DNA of 32,000 nucleotides from Okeania sp. Its GTDB lineage: Bacteria > Cyanobacteriota > Cyanobacteriia > Cyanobacteriales > Microcoleaceae. Made by a program: the position numbers and the translations under genes. This document shows, piece after piece, positions 28,363 through 32,000 of this stretch; positions within the stretch are counted from its first letter, which is position 1; every line of letters begins with the position of its first letter. Below the pieces are notes generated by a model. It saw only the letters and a program-made list of their open reading frames with translations. It had not been told where the DNA came from and did no database searches. The stretch is taken from NCBI RefSeq assembly GCF_035285525.1, contig NZ_JAYKGW010000230.1, forward strand, positions 1-32,000. Direction: 5' to 3'.

Positions 28363-29322
28363 TCATTCATCATTAAATATATCCCAATCTAACCTATCAG
28401 CCAAATATTCATTAACAATCTGTTGACCATTAGCTTCCAGATTTAATTTTTTTAAAGCTGTATTAACAAAAGCCCAATTTCCATTATGCCAACCATAGTT
28501 TAGAATGATTGAATCAGGTTCAAGAGTCGGATTTTCTCTAGCTTTTTCTTTAGCTTTTTGAATTAATTGTTTGTTGTTATGAATCTGGTTATATTTTAAA
28601 CAATTATCATAATTATCTAATAATAACTCAGTGGCAAACTTATTAGCTTGGTTTTCTTCTTTATCATTACATTCAGACTGAATATCTTCATCTACTAAGA
28701 CACCTTCTTCTAAATGTCCTAATGCTAGATGTCCTAATTCATGTGCTAAATTGAAAGCTAACCTAGCAGAATTTGTAGGCTTTGAACTAATAATAATAAC
28801 AGGAGATGAAGATTGCTATTGAATTAATGCAGCAAATTTTTTTGTTGATCTAGAAAAATGATTAAAATAAGCAACAATAATCCCCTTACTCCAACAATAC
28901 TTCAGTAAAGAAGTTAAATTAATTGTTAGAGCATCTCTTAAAATTTCTTCCCTAATTTCTTTAACATTGTTAGGTAAAATAGTAAAATTAAGCTCTGTAG
29001 CAGATGTAATTAAATCAGCTACTCGACTTGCTAGAGCTTGAGCTACATGAGGACGTTTTTTATTCTTACTACTACATTTTTTAAAGTTAGTATGAGGCAA
29101 AAGATTAAATCTAACTTCCTCTTCATCAAATAAGGATTTTAACTCAAGATTAAGCCGAGCAGCAATGTAACCTGCACCTTCTAAAACAGCAAAAGGTTTA
29201 CTATTAAGTCGATCATTCCACCAACTCGGTAAACCATTTTCTCTGACATACTTATGGTCTAAACCAACCTGAGAAAGTTTAGTATAGAGGTCAGACATTG
29301 TCAGTGTTTTTGTCATGTTCAA
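28363..29322 (-). pseudogene. ImmA/IrrE-family (COG2856) zinc metallopeptidase interrupted by one in-frame TAG.
   Basis: The 168-aa track ORF (29322..28816) stops at TAG 28818..28816. The same frame continues QSSSPVIIISSKPTNSARLAFNLAHELGHLALGHLEEG... (HExxH motif) to TGA 28365..28363. Confidence 0.7.
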
Positions 29323-29425
29323 TCCTCCTTATGTACTAATACTTATATTGATAATCTTAATCCTTATTTCAATCATTAAATTTAGTATCAGACTAACCTT
29401 ATTTCAACATTTATTTGATAAGATT

Positions 29426-29506
29426 AGAACTTACGCAAATTTTTCAACACGCTATTCGTAGAGCGCAAATATCATTCCCTAGATATGGCGGTTCTGCGTA
29501 AGTCCT
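29426..29506. mobile_element. Small TIR element (GAACTTACGCAAA ... TCTGCGTAAGTCCT).
   Basis: Inverted termini of the GGACTTACGC family. The internal CTAGATATGGCGGTT matches CTAGATATAGCGGTT at 7305..7319. Confidence 0.5.
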
Positions 29507-29744
29507 AATGATAAAAATCAGTAGAACTTACCTCAACCTTTTTAACTTCAAAAAAAAACTAACTTTCATCTTGACGTCTAACTTCTGACTTCAACTAAAA
29601 AATTCCCCTGCTATAAAAACCTATAGTAATTAACAATCTTACGGTACTTTTGAGGATAGTGAGGTACACTTTAAAAATTATCTATCTTTGTAATACAGCC
29701 TTCATTTGCTCTAACAACCTAGAAGGTTGTGTTACCACTCATTA

Positions 29745-29780
29745 CTAAAAAAATCCCCTGCCATAGATTTATAGCAGAGG
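29745..29780 (-). terminator. Intrinsic terminator of apcE.
   Basis: On the minus strand, CCUCUGC-uauaaaucuaug-GCAGGGG (7-bp stem including one G-U pair) is followed by AUUUUUUU. The stem starts 37 nt after the apcE stop. Confidence 0.65.
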
Positions 29781-29816
29781 AACAAAAAATAATAAAACCC
29801 AGAAATAACTAACAGC

Positions 29817-32000
<2,184 letters not shown>

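Noticed and set aside
28254-28818. Two in-frame TAG codons in adjacent genes as programmed recoding (amber suppression or pyrrolysine).
   Set aside because: No pyl genes or suppressor tRNA are visible. The second gene also carries a frameshift, and the cassette type is commonly found decayed, so pseudogenisation is the simpler explanation.

Overview
This is an AT-rich (about one-third G+C by eye), repeat-laden chromosomal window from a filamentous cyanobacterium. The lineage call rests on hetR, apcE and the heptamer STRR arrays. Intact CDSs cover only about 18.2 of 32 kb (~57%) by my coordinates, which resembles Trichodesmium-type genomes; that comparison is inference only.

Gene order, left to right:
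- cysC, wza and wzc, all on the minus strand (wzc runs off the left edge and is missing from the ORF track). wza and wzc are separated by 1.85 kb of repeat DNA.
- Two tandem small secreted-type ORFs that both end in HRGSGR (PatX-like), directly upstream of and co-oriented with hetR.
- Housekeeping genes: flavin reductase-like, MIF/tautomerase-like, Gfo/Idh/MocA oxidoreductase, proB, a class I aminotransferase, an Fe-ADH/GldA-like dehydrogenase, a 99-aa hypothetical, a RodZ-like HTH membrane protein and clpX.
- A cobalamin riboswitch in front of a HupE/UreJ permease, followed by DUF1636-like and cobW.
- A decayed two-gene ImmA/IrrE-type cassette with two in-frame TAG codons and a homopolymer frameshift.
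- The 3' two-thirds of apcE, which runs off the right edge.

The most interesting signal is the hetR locus. It holds the developmental master regulator plus two diverged copies of a gene for its RGSGR-type inhibitor peptide. The two copies lie in a ~0.83-0.94 kb tandem segmental duplication. Each copy keeps a conserved promoter-like module with a one-base variant of the DIF1 hexamer and a TCCGGA-containing hairpin that shows a compensatory substitution.

The intergenic space is filled with MITE-like elements (some nested), heptamer STRR arrays, palindromic elements and a 355-bp near-identical direct duplication (437-bp offset). I saw no tRNA, rRNA, CRISPR array or transposase gene.
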